This document shows positions 37,101-47,844 of a stretch of DNA of 56,852 bases, one piece after another. The position numbers and the translations under genes were made by a program. This DNA comes from Klebsormidium nitens. Taxonomy: Eukaryota > Plantae > Klebsormidiophyceae. The notes below the pieces were generated by a model, which was not told where the DNA came from, ran no database searches, and saw nothing but the letters and a program-made list of their open reading frames with translations. Each line of letters begins with the position of its first letter. Positions within the stretch are counted from its first letter, which is position 1. The stretch lies in assembly GCA_000708835.1 (NCBI GenBank), contig DF237529.1, forward strand, positions 1 through 56,852, read 5' to 3'.

Positions 37101-40100
37101 CGGTTTCCCGTTCCGCCGCCAGTCGGACGGAATCCAGGTCCGCTTCCAATTCCTTCACCTTAACGGATACCTGGGTCAACACTTCGACGCGTTGCTGGAG
37201 CTCGCGTCCCGCTTTTTCTTTCGCCTGCAAGAAGTTGAAAATTGTTATTTCGACAAGATGGATTCTGCAATCCGCGAAGGAGCTAACGTTGCGCATTAAC
37301 GAACAGTAAGATTTGAGGAGATGGCTGGAGACTCTGCTTTGACGTGCGCGCGGTAAGGACCACCAAGTGTTAGTGCACCATACGTGATGACTTCCTGTCG
37401 TCAATCACCATTGAATTCAAAGTCCCCATCTGCCGAAGAGTTTTGGAGTTAAAACTTGTCTGGATCCATCAGAATCGATTTGATGGATCCGGGCGCCGAT
37501 CTGTGGTGAGCTAAGCCTTGGGATTGCTTACCGCCGTGACATCCGCCAGTCTCTTTGTAAGCCCTTCGTTTTGAACACCCAGGTCGCCGGTGCCATCTCT
37601 CAACCGGCGGATCTGCAGTGACAGTCCAAGAATCAAAGGTCAATGCTTGACAAGAGAATAGAGTCACGGCACTCCTTGTGTGCGCACACTCCCCAAAAAT
37701 AGTGTGTGCGCCAGATCCCACCTCTGAACTCCGTCGTAAACCATGTTTGTTGGCATACTTTCGGATATCTTTGTCCATTCATTGATTCGTGAGATTTTGA
37801 GAGCTTTCAGGAAAGGGCTGAAGCTTCTCTTCCATGATACCGTGCCCAGAGCAAACACCGTGCGCTTGCGAAAACAGGTGGAAGAGGTTTAGACCTTCCC
37901 AAAACGATTGAGAAGTCAATGGACCGACCACTCACCTCTTCTTCGAGTGCCTCTGCGCGCGCGCGCGCCTCCGCGCGCTCCTGGGACAGCAGCTCGCTCG
38001 CCTGCCCAATCTCCTCATTGTACTTCGCCTCCACTTTCAAAAGCTCGCCTTCTAGTTGCTCCCGAAGCGCGCGTTCCCACTCCGCGGCAGCCGCGGCGGC
38101 GGCCTCCGTCTGCGCGCGTCAAGGAACTGACATCAGCACGTTGAGGGGATCCCCCGACGCTAAAACTTCAAGGTACCATCTCGGGAGTTTACTCCTCACA
38201 ATACACAGTGCAGGCCGGAAGAAGTACTTCCACGTCAGTCAGCTCTGACGTGGATCCTGGACAGGAGATGGATAAGCCGTCAAAGCGGCTGCGTAAAACC
38301 CGGGTGTCTTACCTCCTGCGTGTGCTTTGCCTCGACGTCTTGAACAGCGCGCGCGTGCCGCGCGCTCAGGTCGTTCATCTGCGAGGCTAGCGCCGCGGCC
38401 GCTCGTTCCTCCGCTTCTCTGACCTGCGAGCTTAGAGCAACCTGATAAATCATCTTTCGCAGAAGGATGCAAACGCGGGTTATTGATATTAGGTCGATAC
38501 GAGAAACGAACGAACAGAATCCAAAGCCTTCGTCGACTGCGAACATCGCAGATTGGAGACAGAAGCAATAGCATAATCTTTTCGAACTTGATACAAGCAA
38601 GACGATCTTTTATCCAACTTGGAGGCAGAACGAGGCAGAAGCAAGACGTACCTTGGCGATCAGTTCTTTCTGCAGGTCGGCAACCGTGAATTTGAGTTCC
38701 GCGATCCGTTTGGAAGCTTCCGTTCCGCTCATGGCCAGCTCGGCCTCCTTCTTGGCGCTCTCCTCTCTCATCGTGGAAAGCTGCAAAAAACAGCAAGAAG
38801 GTGATAGTGATGAGACAGATGGGGCTTCAAGGCTTGATCATCTGACTACTTCGTTTACAAGGGCCTTGCCTTGATGAATCAGCATGCATCTGACTACTTC
38901 GTTCATAAGGGCCTTGCTTTGATGAAACAGCATGCATGCTGAATCAGCTTGATGAGTGGTCTGGATTGATGGTTGAGGTTGGAAAGGACCCGCAGGATGC
39001 TGTGCTGAAAGCCTTACCGGATTTTCTACAAGGTACCCGGCACACAAAGCTGACAGCGTTCGGAACGCTCGAAATGGTTCAGCACCATGCTCCATCACTA
39101 ACACGACAAGTATGAGTTTATGTTTTTTCAAAGTACGCCTTTCCATGAAAGGTGTGCTCGGCTAGATATGGTCAAAGTAGTACTCCTGCTTACGTCGATC
39201 TTGAGCTGCCGCGCCTCGTTCGTGACGTCCTCCAGCGCTTTCCTCGCCGCCCCTAGTTCGCCCTCCACCCTTTTCCGGACGCCCACTTCTTCCTCGTATG
39301 CAGCGTCCGATTTTTTCCGATTCTCCAACTCCTCGCGCAAATCCCTCTGCAGCTTTTCGCTTTCGGACGCGCTCGCGGCCGCCTCCTCCTGGGCGCGCGC
39401 GCGCGCTCGCTCGCCCGCGTCACGCTCTGCGCGCAGCTCGGAGGACAGCTGGTCGCCCTTTCGGACGGCAGCTTGGAGGTCTTGGGACAGCTTCGCTGCG
39501 ACCGAGCGGGACTCGGAGAGGGCGGCGTCGAGCGTGGACGTCCGTTGCTTCTCCTGCAGATGAGAAGAAGGTTGCATCGAGTCACGACAAGGGTAGATTA
39601 TACAAAGTCAGGTGACTTACGACTAGCTTCCGCGCTGACCAATGGGTGCAAGAATGATGACCCTTAGGCTCTGGTTCAGAACGAAACTTGCGCCGAGCAC
39701 GCAAGCGCATGTGCGTGAAGGGAGTTTAGAGTACCACCCGCTTTCAGATGGAACGCTGACACTTTCTCTGTCGACGTTAGTCTCAAACCACGGATGCGCC
39801 GGTCTCGGGAAAGCCAAACATCTGAGCATGTTGACCAATTTCGGATGACGGGAAATCGGATTCACAGCCGGTGTTACTTCGCCTCCAAATCGTCACAACT
39901 ACCCAAATGGAAGATTTGCCGAGCAGACTCACTGTCTCGAGCTCTTTGCTCGTCGTTGCCAGCTGCGTCATTGCCTCCTCCACTCTCTTCACCAACTCAT
40001 CACATCGCCTCTCCGCGGCCGCAAACCGCCCTCTAACCTCCTCGTTAGCCCTCTCTAGCCCCTCCCTTTCCTGACTCCAACTCTCTTCTTTCTCCTTCTC

Positions 40101-43067
40101 CCTTCTCTCATTCCTCTCCGTCTCGTCGCGCGACTCCTCGCGCATTCTCATAATTTCCGCTTCGTACGTCTCCCGGCCCTTCCCCATGCGGCTCTCGTAG
40201 TCCGCGATGAGCTCCTGCAGGCCCCGGTTGGCCGCCATCGTGGCGTGCGCGATCTCCGCGCGCAGCGCGCTCTCGGCCGCCTCACGCTCCGCCGCCAGCG
40301 CGTCCATCTGCTTGCGATGCACCCGATGCGCGTCCGCAACCTGGGGAGGAGGCGTCGGCTTTATCTGTTGAGCATCTGTACTTTGAGACTTCAGCTATAG
40401 TTTTTCAGAAGTTCAGATCCGGGTTCAGGTCCAGGACTTTGATTCATTGTGTCTTTCATGATACCAGAAGTTTTAACAATATTTGGGACAGCGTAGCCCT
40501 GCGGCACCATTGACGGATGTCCCAAAAGATGTACGAGAGAAGACCGTCAGCTTTACAAGGGCGAAAGCAGATGCAACATTGGAAAAAGTTCCAATTGGTT
40601 CCAGGTTCGGATCGACGTTGGGGACCGCGTTGATTCGAGCAAATAAACTGCATGCGCATCTGGCGATCGATCGGTGATCATGTGTTGCCTGTGTATCTTC
40701 GACTAGGACGTCCTAACTTCCGTGCCCCCGGGATGAGACAGTTGAGGCTTTCTATGAAAGCAGGGAGAGAACTAATAAAACGGGAGTAACTAGGATCACG
40801 CCTTACTTCCTCCTGGGACCGCAATTTCAGCGCCTCCATCTCTCTTCGATGACTCCGCTTCAACTCGTCATTCTCCTTGGAGGCCGCCTCTGCCGTGCCC
40901 GTTACCTCCTGCAGCTGCAAACCCTGCTGCTGGACCTTCTCTTTGAGAGTCGCCACATTCCTGAAGAAAGAACAGATCGCACCGAGTGAGTGCAGTGCCG
41001 GCATGAGGTCAGCGCCAAGGAAGATGAATAGCAGAACATCCTGATAGTTTGCAAAGCAACAGATCTATCAAGAGGAGCATTGCCAGGTCTGGAAATCGGT
41101 CTTTTCAGGTTCTAAAGGCGGCTGTTTCGAGCTCACTCGGCTGGAAATCACTGAGTTTCCGAAGCGAACTTGATCAAAAGGCAACACCTGGTCGTTGCAC
41201 TAGCTTACTACGACTCTTGTACAAGCGACAACTTTTGAAGCTGCGATATAGGTTACTAGCAAACCATTCTACGGTACGCATACCTGGTGAGAGACTCCAC
41301 CCGCCCTTCGGACGTTCGCAGATAGCCCCTGAGAAGATCCTCTTGTACAGTCGCCTGCTGCTTGAACTCCTCCAACTTGGCAGCGGCCTCCGCCTTCTCT
41401 TGCTCGAATTTCGCCGTGAGTTCCTATGATGAAAAGCCTAGCTCTGATGAGTTGCTTGAGTAGTTGACCGCAAATCTAGATGCGCTGTAGTAGAAAAGCC
41501 TGGCTCTGAACCATTGCTAGATTGACGGTGCTTGGTGGAGTAGAGTTGCGAAAAGTCCCAGGAAAATTGGCGCGCAATTTCTCAACCAAGCTTGCAGAAA
41601 GAGGCCGTTACATCCAGAAGTCGTCTCAACTCATGTTCTTCGGTCCAGATGTTCCACCTCTTATGATGTCCTTGGGTCTAACTTGTAAGAATGTCTCCCA
41701 GCAATTCGAAGATTCGGCCTATTGAATGGCGCCTGATTTTGCGGTTATGGCCCCAGGCTAATGGCCGAGCAAAACCACATTGGGCGGTGCTGATGCATGA
41801 CTTCTGGAGCCTTTCAAGGCTGCACTGAAAATGTTGCTTGCTGACATTGACATCAAAGGTCCGTTTAGTGTCACCAAAGCCTCACCACCATCCATCATCA
41901 GAGCTTCCTCCCCTGCTAGTGCTTACTTTTGATCAGAAATGTTTGACGCCAGAAAACCTACCCTGACCACCTCGGCGACCCTGCTCTCCTCTTTCCTGAT
42001 CTCCAGAGACTCTTTGAAGGTCCTGATCTTCTCCGCTGCATCTCGCAGGATCTGCTCAATTTCGCTCTCATGTTGGCCAGCCATGTCTAGGACCTCGAAG
42101 TCATGGTCGTCCGTCTTGTTGTTCAGGTGGTAGATCACCTGGGCAGAGAAGTGGCCAACTGGCAAACGTCTCGACCGGTTCATCCTGAAACGCTCCTTTA
42201 CAAAGAAGCTGGGGAATCATGGCTTACTTCTGAAAGACAGAGACCTTTTACGGGACAGAAAGGACGGGCAACAACCACTAGGTTTGGTCAGCGTAGGTTG
42301 CACCACTATCTGCAAATACGATTGCGGCCCCCCGAAACATGTTTCTTTCATGAAGAATAGTGGTGTCTTTTGCAATTCGAAGGGTGGCGCCGACGATTGT
42401 TATCCCACTTTGAACAGGTTATGGTGCGGAGCTACGCAATGTGGTGGCCAGCACTTTTTGAGAATCAGTGCTTTGCACCACTGGCGCATGGTGCTCTCTG
42501 CGCCTGCGGCAAGCTTCTGGGTCTAGGGCTTGCCACATCCTGTGGTGAGGTAAGACAGGATTGTTCTTGTCACCAGAGGATGACTAATTTGTATTCGTTA
42601 TGGCCCAAACCACCTTTGGACATGCAGTTTCATACTGATAGGTCAGACATAAGCAGCTTTCAACATCTCTTGAAACAAGGGGCTCACAATCCCAGATCTC
42701 GACAATGCTGTAGCTTAGCCCCCATATGTTGCATTAGCAGACAGCCAACAATATAGCCAACGCCATTCTTTGGCGCTTGATGGACATCAGCAGCATTCTA
42801 AAGCCAAACCCATGTCTAAAGCTTTGGCAGTTTCTTGACCTAGCTGGACCCTCAGCTTCCTGGAAGCACTGAATTCATGATTGCACGGTCACGCCATCTT
42901 TGAAAGCCTTCTTTTGCAATGGTAAGAAAGTAGCAGCTTGCCTTCCAACTATGTATATGAGAAGTACATCGTAGCTGAACGAAGAAGCTCACCTTCTGCA
43001 GCTGTGTAATCTTCTTGCTCATCTTATACTGCAGGTCCGGCATTTGCAGCACACCTTCCGCAGCCAT
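31198..43067 (-). CDS. FAM184: FAM184-family long coiled-coil protein, about 1081 aa, 18 exons
   Basis: Exons 43067-42993, 42138-41962, 41423-41284, 40960-40807, 40340-39933, 39553-39194, 38780-38652, 38423-38313, 38109-37936, 37224-37010, 36669-36552, 36102-35902, 35503-35345, 35064-34945, 34055-33871, 32931-32745, 32069-31881, 31341-31198; phases consistent. N-terminal KMSKKITQLQKVIYHLNNKTDDH and C-terminal REPRPEDVARI..LELLNREENYNKVF match FAM184A as recalled. Confidence 0.88.
32440..32744 (-). repeat. Two degenerate copies of the 3' end of FAM184 exon 16
   Basis: Plus-strand cttccacgcgtcaagcc (32745) recurs at 32594 and 32460; spacing 151 and 134 bp. Confidence 0.85.
32932..33460 (-). 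repeat. Three about 171-177-bp degenerate copies of intron end + 5' edge of FAM184 exon 16
   Basis: Plus-strand ggtctggcgcagctcgcgctggaa at 32901 (exon), 33072, 33249 and 33420. Intronic ggtct.agacgg.ttt recurs with the same period. Confidence 0.88.
34418..34706. mobile_element. Non-autonomous TIR element (MITE), probably Tc1/mariner-type, in FAM184 intron 14
   Basis: Perfect 25-bp TIRs ccgtagagacattgtccattcgcac (34418-34442) and its reverse complement (34682-34706). TA lies immediately left and GTA immediately right. AT-rich non-coding interior with a 35-bp duplication and repeated (g)gtgcgaa motifs. Confidence 0.82.
34823..34918. repeat. 25-bp minisatellite, four copies
   Basis: gtccaagcaga at 34831, 34856, 34881 and 34906. 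Confidence 0.92.
38839..38934. repeat. 48-bp intronic tandem duplication
   Basis: catctgactacttcgtt..aagggccttgc.ttgatgaa.cagcatg at 38839 and 38887. Confidence 0.9.
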
Positions 43068-44094
43068 GGCTGCTGCGAAAAAGACCTCTCAGCAATGTTC
43101 TTTCCCTGTGCAGCTATGCAGATTTGTAGGCCGAAATCGACCAGTGGCTAAGTTGTTGTACTCCACTATCCTTGTAATGTACGAGAAGATGCAAACAGCT
43201 CATCTGTGCTCGCGTGCTACTCCCGCTCTCTTCTTCGGCAGGCAAATCATGCTTTGAACCATCCAGGAAAAGCTCAATTCTGCGGGTTATTGCTTGCATA
43301 TGCCCCCCCTGATGGAGATTTTGAGAGGGCAAGGTGCCAGTGGCAGTAGTAGTAAGCCAATTGTTTCTTCTACCATTGCCGTCGATCTTTGTTCATTGTA
43401 GGTATCTTAAAATGCCTTGAGTTCTGTACGACATAGATCCCCACCAGCTGAGTCCAGGTGTCCTGGGTGTGTGCCTGGCGTGGTTCTCTTCTGCGGTTCT
43501 GCGTTGCCGCCTCACTCCCTCCGACCTTTCACACACAGGCAATTTCATTGCCTTGGAAAAACTTAAAGTACTGCTCTAAGTTTTAATACGGTGCAACGGC
43601 AAGGATTGATAGCACTACTGTCGACGCTTGATTTGATATCGACGGTTTATTAACCTCCACAGCCTGCAACTTCAAGCCCGCGGTATATCGAACGGTTCAT
43701 CTGCAAAGCGCCTGCTCTGAAGGGATCCGTTCCCGCGCAATTTCAAACTGGCACCGGAGGCTGCGACATCAGCAGAATGATTCTGAATGTTGGCAGTGGG
43801 CACCCAGGGCCAGAAGCATACTTGATGTTCGATGGTCCAAATTTTTACGCCACCTTTGTGAGCAGCCCCCAAAGAGTAGGGGGAGAGTAGGACTAGTTCA
43901 GATTGATCTACGAGTCCAGGAGTTGATGTGTGGATGCTGCACTGGTCACTCAACCGCTCCCGTTGCTGCAGCCAATAGAATTCAAGGCCAGACAGTGGCG
44001 CTTGCCGTACCCAGCGTTTGACAAGCCAGGCGCAACTGGAAAGCCTCAAGAGAGTCCGAGCTCCAAGCAAGCGGCATCAGAAGGAGTTGCCGCA

Positions 44095-46124
44095 ATGCAC
44101 CTTCCTGTCTCTTACCCCCGCAGTCTGCTTCCTGATCTGGGCCCTGACCTTTGGGAGCTGGTCTTCTCAAAGCTGGGGCGACATCCAAAGGACATAGTGC
44201 CCTTGGGAGCTGTCTGCAAGGGTTGGCAGTCCATCCTGAACAACGTCACCTGGAAGGTGTTGTGCCTGCAACATGCACCGGGGTTGGTCGAGGAACTTGG
44301 ATACAATGTGGGGACAGAGGTGCCCCCGGGAGGGTGGAGGGGACTGTACAAGTTCATGGTGTACTGTCCTGGTCTGAACTACCCCACATTCCGCCCGGTG
44401 TGTCAGGGTGACACTTTGCGTGACCTGTACTCTTGGGAGGATGGCTGTGGGCACGTGGAAACTCGCTCACGTGGATTCTGTACTGGGTATGGGGCGTCGG
44501 GCAAGCTCTCTCTGGCAGCCTCTGTCGCCCAAGACAACATCTTCTTCTCAGCGCTTTGCCCTCACCGCCAAGCCATCAATCTTCCCGTCTTCCAAAATTG
44601 CCATCCAGCCCTGTCTGCCTGCCGGGGCATCGTGAAAAACTTCAAGACCTCTGAGCTGGCTAAATCTAGCGGAGCTGCCGCTCATCTCAGTAAAGTGGGG
44701 GCCATTGGCGCAGGCACTGCCAGGGAGACAAATGATATCCAGGGGGACGAGGCAGGCCCTGACGGAGGGGCGAGTTCTCTGAGGTGTCCATACTGCACCG
44801 AATCAACCTTTGCCCTAGGCAAGGACTGCCTTCGGAACAGACACTCCGACTATGATGAGTTCTTTGATAGAAGCCCCGAGTTCAGAGACCGAGAAGACAA
44901 TGTTGACTCTGCGTCCGACTCGGACGATGGTCTGGTGAGAAGCGCGCTGATGACAGGATTTGTGTGCCTAAACGGGCACATCATGTTGGGTGCCGGGGGC
45001 CGTGTACAGGGAGGCGGCAAGCTAGTCCTCGGGTCGGGGAAGGGCTTGGAACTTGAGCCCTCTAATGCGGTCAGGTTTCTGTCGGAGTATACACCAGGAA
45101 AGGAAGGCATCAATGTGAAGGAGGGTGTGAACTTTGCTCGAGGTCTGAATTTGGACCAGTTAGTACTGGCTGAGAGCAGGCTATCCAGTTTGCTCAGGGA
45201 GTGGCCTTCCGTGCGAAAAGAAGGATCTTTACAATACTGGGCCTTCTCTCCCGATGTATTTGTAGAATTGAAGCAAGCCCCCAAGAGTATCTGCGACTTG
45301 CTGACGGGGGATCTCCCTGAGGAGTTTCGGGGCATTGTATGGAGGTATGTTACGGAAGGGAGGCCAGGCCTTCAACAATGCAAGGTCCTGTTGGAGGATG
45401 CGCTTACTGCAGCAGGGTCCGCAAGAAGGACGGAATGGATCCATGCAGCATTATCCGAGATAGGTCTCAGCGATCCAAGCATGTTTCCGGATCCGGACTC
45501 GGTGAACAGTTACATAAAGGTGAGCACAACCTTTCCTTACAAATCTTTCTGTGCTTGTTTTTGCTGTACAGTATTCTTCTGCTTCCCAAGAACTTCCCAG
45601 CTGAGCTTTCAGAACTGAGGCTTCACTTTCACCCCAGCTATATGCTGCTCGGGCAATCTCCATATGACAGGCAACCTCGACAATACAGAGTGATATTAGT
45701 AATCAAGCCTATTGAGGCCTTGACTTTAGCAGCAGCATCCAACCTTGTCTTCAATCGCTAAAGTTGTGCCAGGCCTCAAAGACAGCTATAAATACGGCAG
45801 TCCTTCGATGGGGGTTCGTTTTTCTAACTTGAAAATTTAACGTTTCCAGGATCCACGTTCCTTCACCATCGAGGAGGTATGCGAGCAGCAAGAACTGGCA
45901 AGAGAAGGTATTGAGTACTGGTGATGCGCCGTTGGCTTTTAGCCGTGTGCCAATGCAAGGCTTTGCTTGAGCGCACTTGCTGTATGGTTACGGGGGCATA
46001 TATGCAGGCAGTACTATCGTGGTTTGTGACCTCTGTGATGGTACTTAGGTCCATAGAAGAGCTTTCAAACGGTGCGGTAGGGGACCAGATCTGTACGGCT
46101 GGCTGCCTCTCAAGAATAACTTGA
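44095..46124 (+). CDS. EID1-like (EDL) F-box protein with a C-terminal extension
   Basis: Large exon 44095-45519 (ATG choice uncertain; the frame is open from 43930). F-box LGPDLWELVFSKL..LGAVCKGWQ; EDL-type motifs WKVLCL..AP, PPGGW.GLYK..V.CPGL, CRG.VKNF..S, CPYC and FVCLNGH. Donor aag|gtgagc. Probable exons 45850-45876 and 46008-46124 are low confidence. Confidence 0.8.
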
Positions 46125-46518
46125 CCGGGGAACTTGAGCTGGTCGCAATGAACGATGTTCAAAGAAAGCGGTTGCTCATTGTTGTGGAAGGATCATTTTA
46201 AGGTGATGCTCCAAAGGTTCTCGATCGGATTCTTTCCACATTCTCCTCGCACACACATATATAGATTGTCCTCAACATGCATGGCGACCATGAAACGCCG
46301 GTGCTATTGTCATGTTTGGCAAGTAACTGCGTCCGTTCATGCACATGCACGCATCTGCAGCATGTGCGTGTACATGCGGCGTAGGTTGCATGACGCATGT
46401 TGACGCGCTTTATATAATTAACTCGATATCATGATTCTGGGTGCCAGCATGGGTGCAGGCTGAGTACATGTATTAGTATAGGTAAGCGATAGCCGCGGCA
46501 TGTACACCAACCTATAGC

Positions 46519-46564
46519 TGTCTCGCGCGCGTGTCTCGCGCGCGCTTTGGATCGCGATCCAAAG
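46519..46564. repeat. 13-bp direct repeat abutting a perfect 20-bp palindrome
   Basis: tgtctcgcgcgcg twice (46519-46544), then ctttggatcgcgatccaaag (46545-46564). Confidence 0.9.
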
Positions 46565-47844
46565 ATGATGCTCTGAAAGATATAGGTATTATAGCTGCAT
46601 TTCTTTCTTCACATGTTAGTGGCTCCTGATATTCTGAATCTACAATAAAGATTGTCAGTAAGGATCAACACGTGCCAGCCCGGCTACTAAACCGTTGACT
46701 GGCAACCCCAAACCTAATTTTAATTCGCACTGTAGCTAAAAATGCTGAGCCCTACCATAACATCATGACGAACCTGCATAGATTAGTATACCTGATTGAC
46801 GGCACTTAGACCTAGTCAGTCCCTCTGCGTGAGCGGTGGCATACACCTTACAACCCATACTTTGCCTGCATGTGATATTATATCAACTTGTAGGTATGAT
46901 CATTGATGTCTGCCTGCGGAGTTTCTCCTATACCTGGTCGGTGCCACCTGGATGTGTGACTTACCTTGTTGCGCTTGAACGATGCCGAACCCAGTAATCT
47001 CCAACTACACCTTGGCTTTTTGCATACCTGTATTGCGTCCTTCAGCGTGCGGCTCCCTGAGGAGCAAACCGTCTTTGCTTGGTCTCTCGTGTGCTCTTAA
47101 AGTGGGCGTCCTGTGACCCGTAACGCCTGACGTCAAAAAGCGACATCAGAGTGCATATTCAAGCTTGCCGTCGCCGACAAAGTACGTCAGCAGATCCTGT
47201 CCCGGCGACTGCAAAGCAGACCTGGCACTCGTTTGTGTCGCTGCAGTTCGCGGCGACCTGACGCCCTCTTTAACGCCTATTGCTGCTGTCGAAGGTCCTG
47301 CAGAGTTGGCACAAAAGGATTCAGAAAGGTGTTGATAGTAGAGGACAAGGTTGAGCGACGAAGCGTCACTGGCTGGAAATTGCTTTCAGAGATTCGCTGA
47401 ACGCAGTCTCATGGACTGTGGGGTTGACGTGCTCGTCGCTTGCGTCCGCGCGCTTTTGTTGCCGAGTAGTTTCAATCAGGATCCCCTCGATTTCGATCGG
47501 TGCCATTCAAGGAATTTCCTACAGGGACTCAGATCGGCACGAACCCCTCAAAAGGTTTCTAGGGGGTCCCGCCCTCGAACAGACTCATAGAAAGGCCTGT
47601 TGGAAACCGGCGCGTAACGGCCGTTCAAACCAGATGGCGCAGGCCTCTCATTCGGGGAACCCCTTTTTTGCATGCCTGACACCCCAGTCTCGGCAGTGGT
47701 GTGTCACACAAGATATCAATGAATCTAGAGGAAGTCTCTGAGGATAAGAACTGGGTAATAGAACCTGCAAGAGTGCTGCGAATGAGTTCTCACCCGTCTT
47801 CAACCAAGTACAAAAGCATCCGACTTGTTTATCTTGTCCGCAAC

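Noticed and set aside
46545-46580. Helitron 3' end (hairpin + CTRR)
   Set aside because: CTGA at 46573-46576 is followed by A rather than T, and no 5' TC end or Rep/helicase remnant was found.
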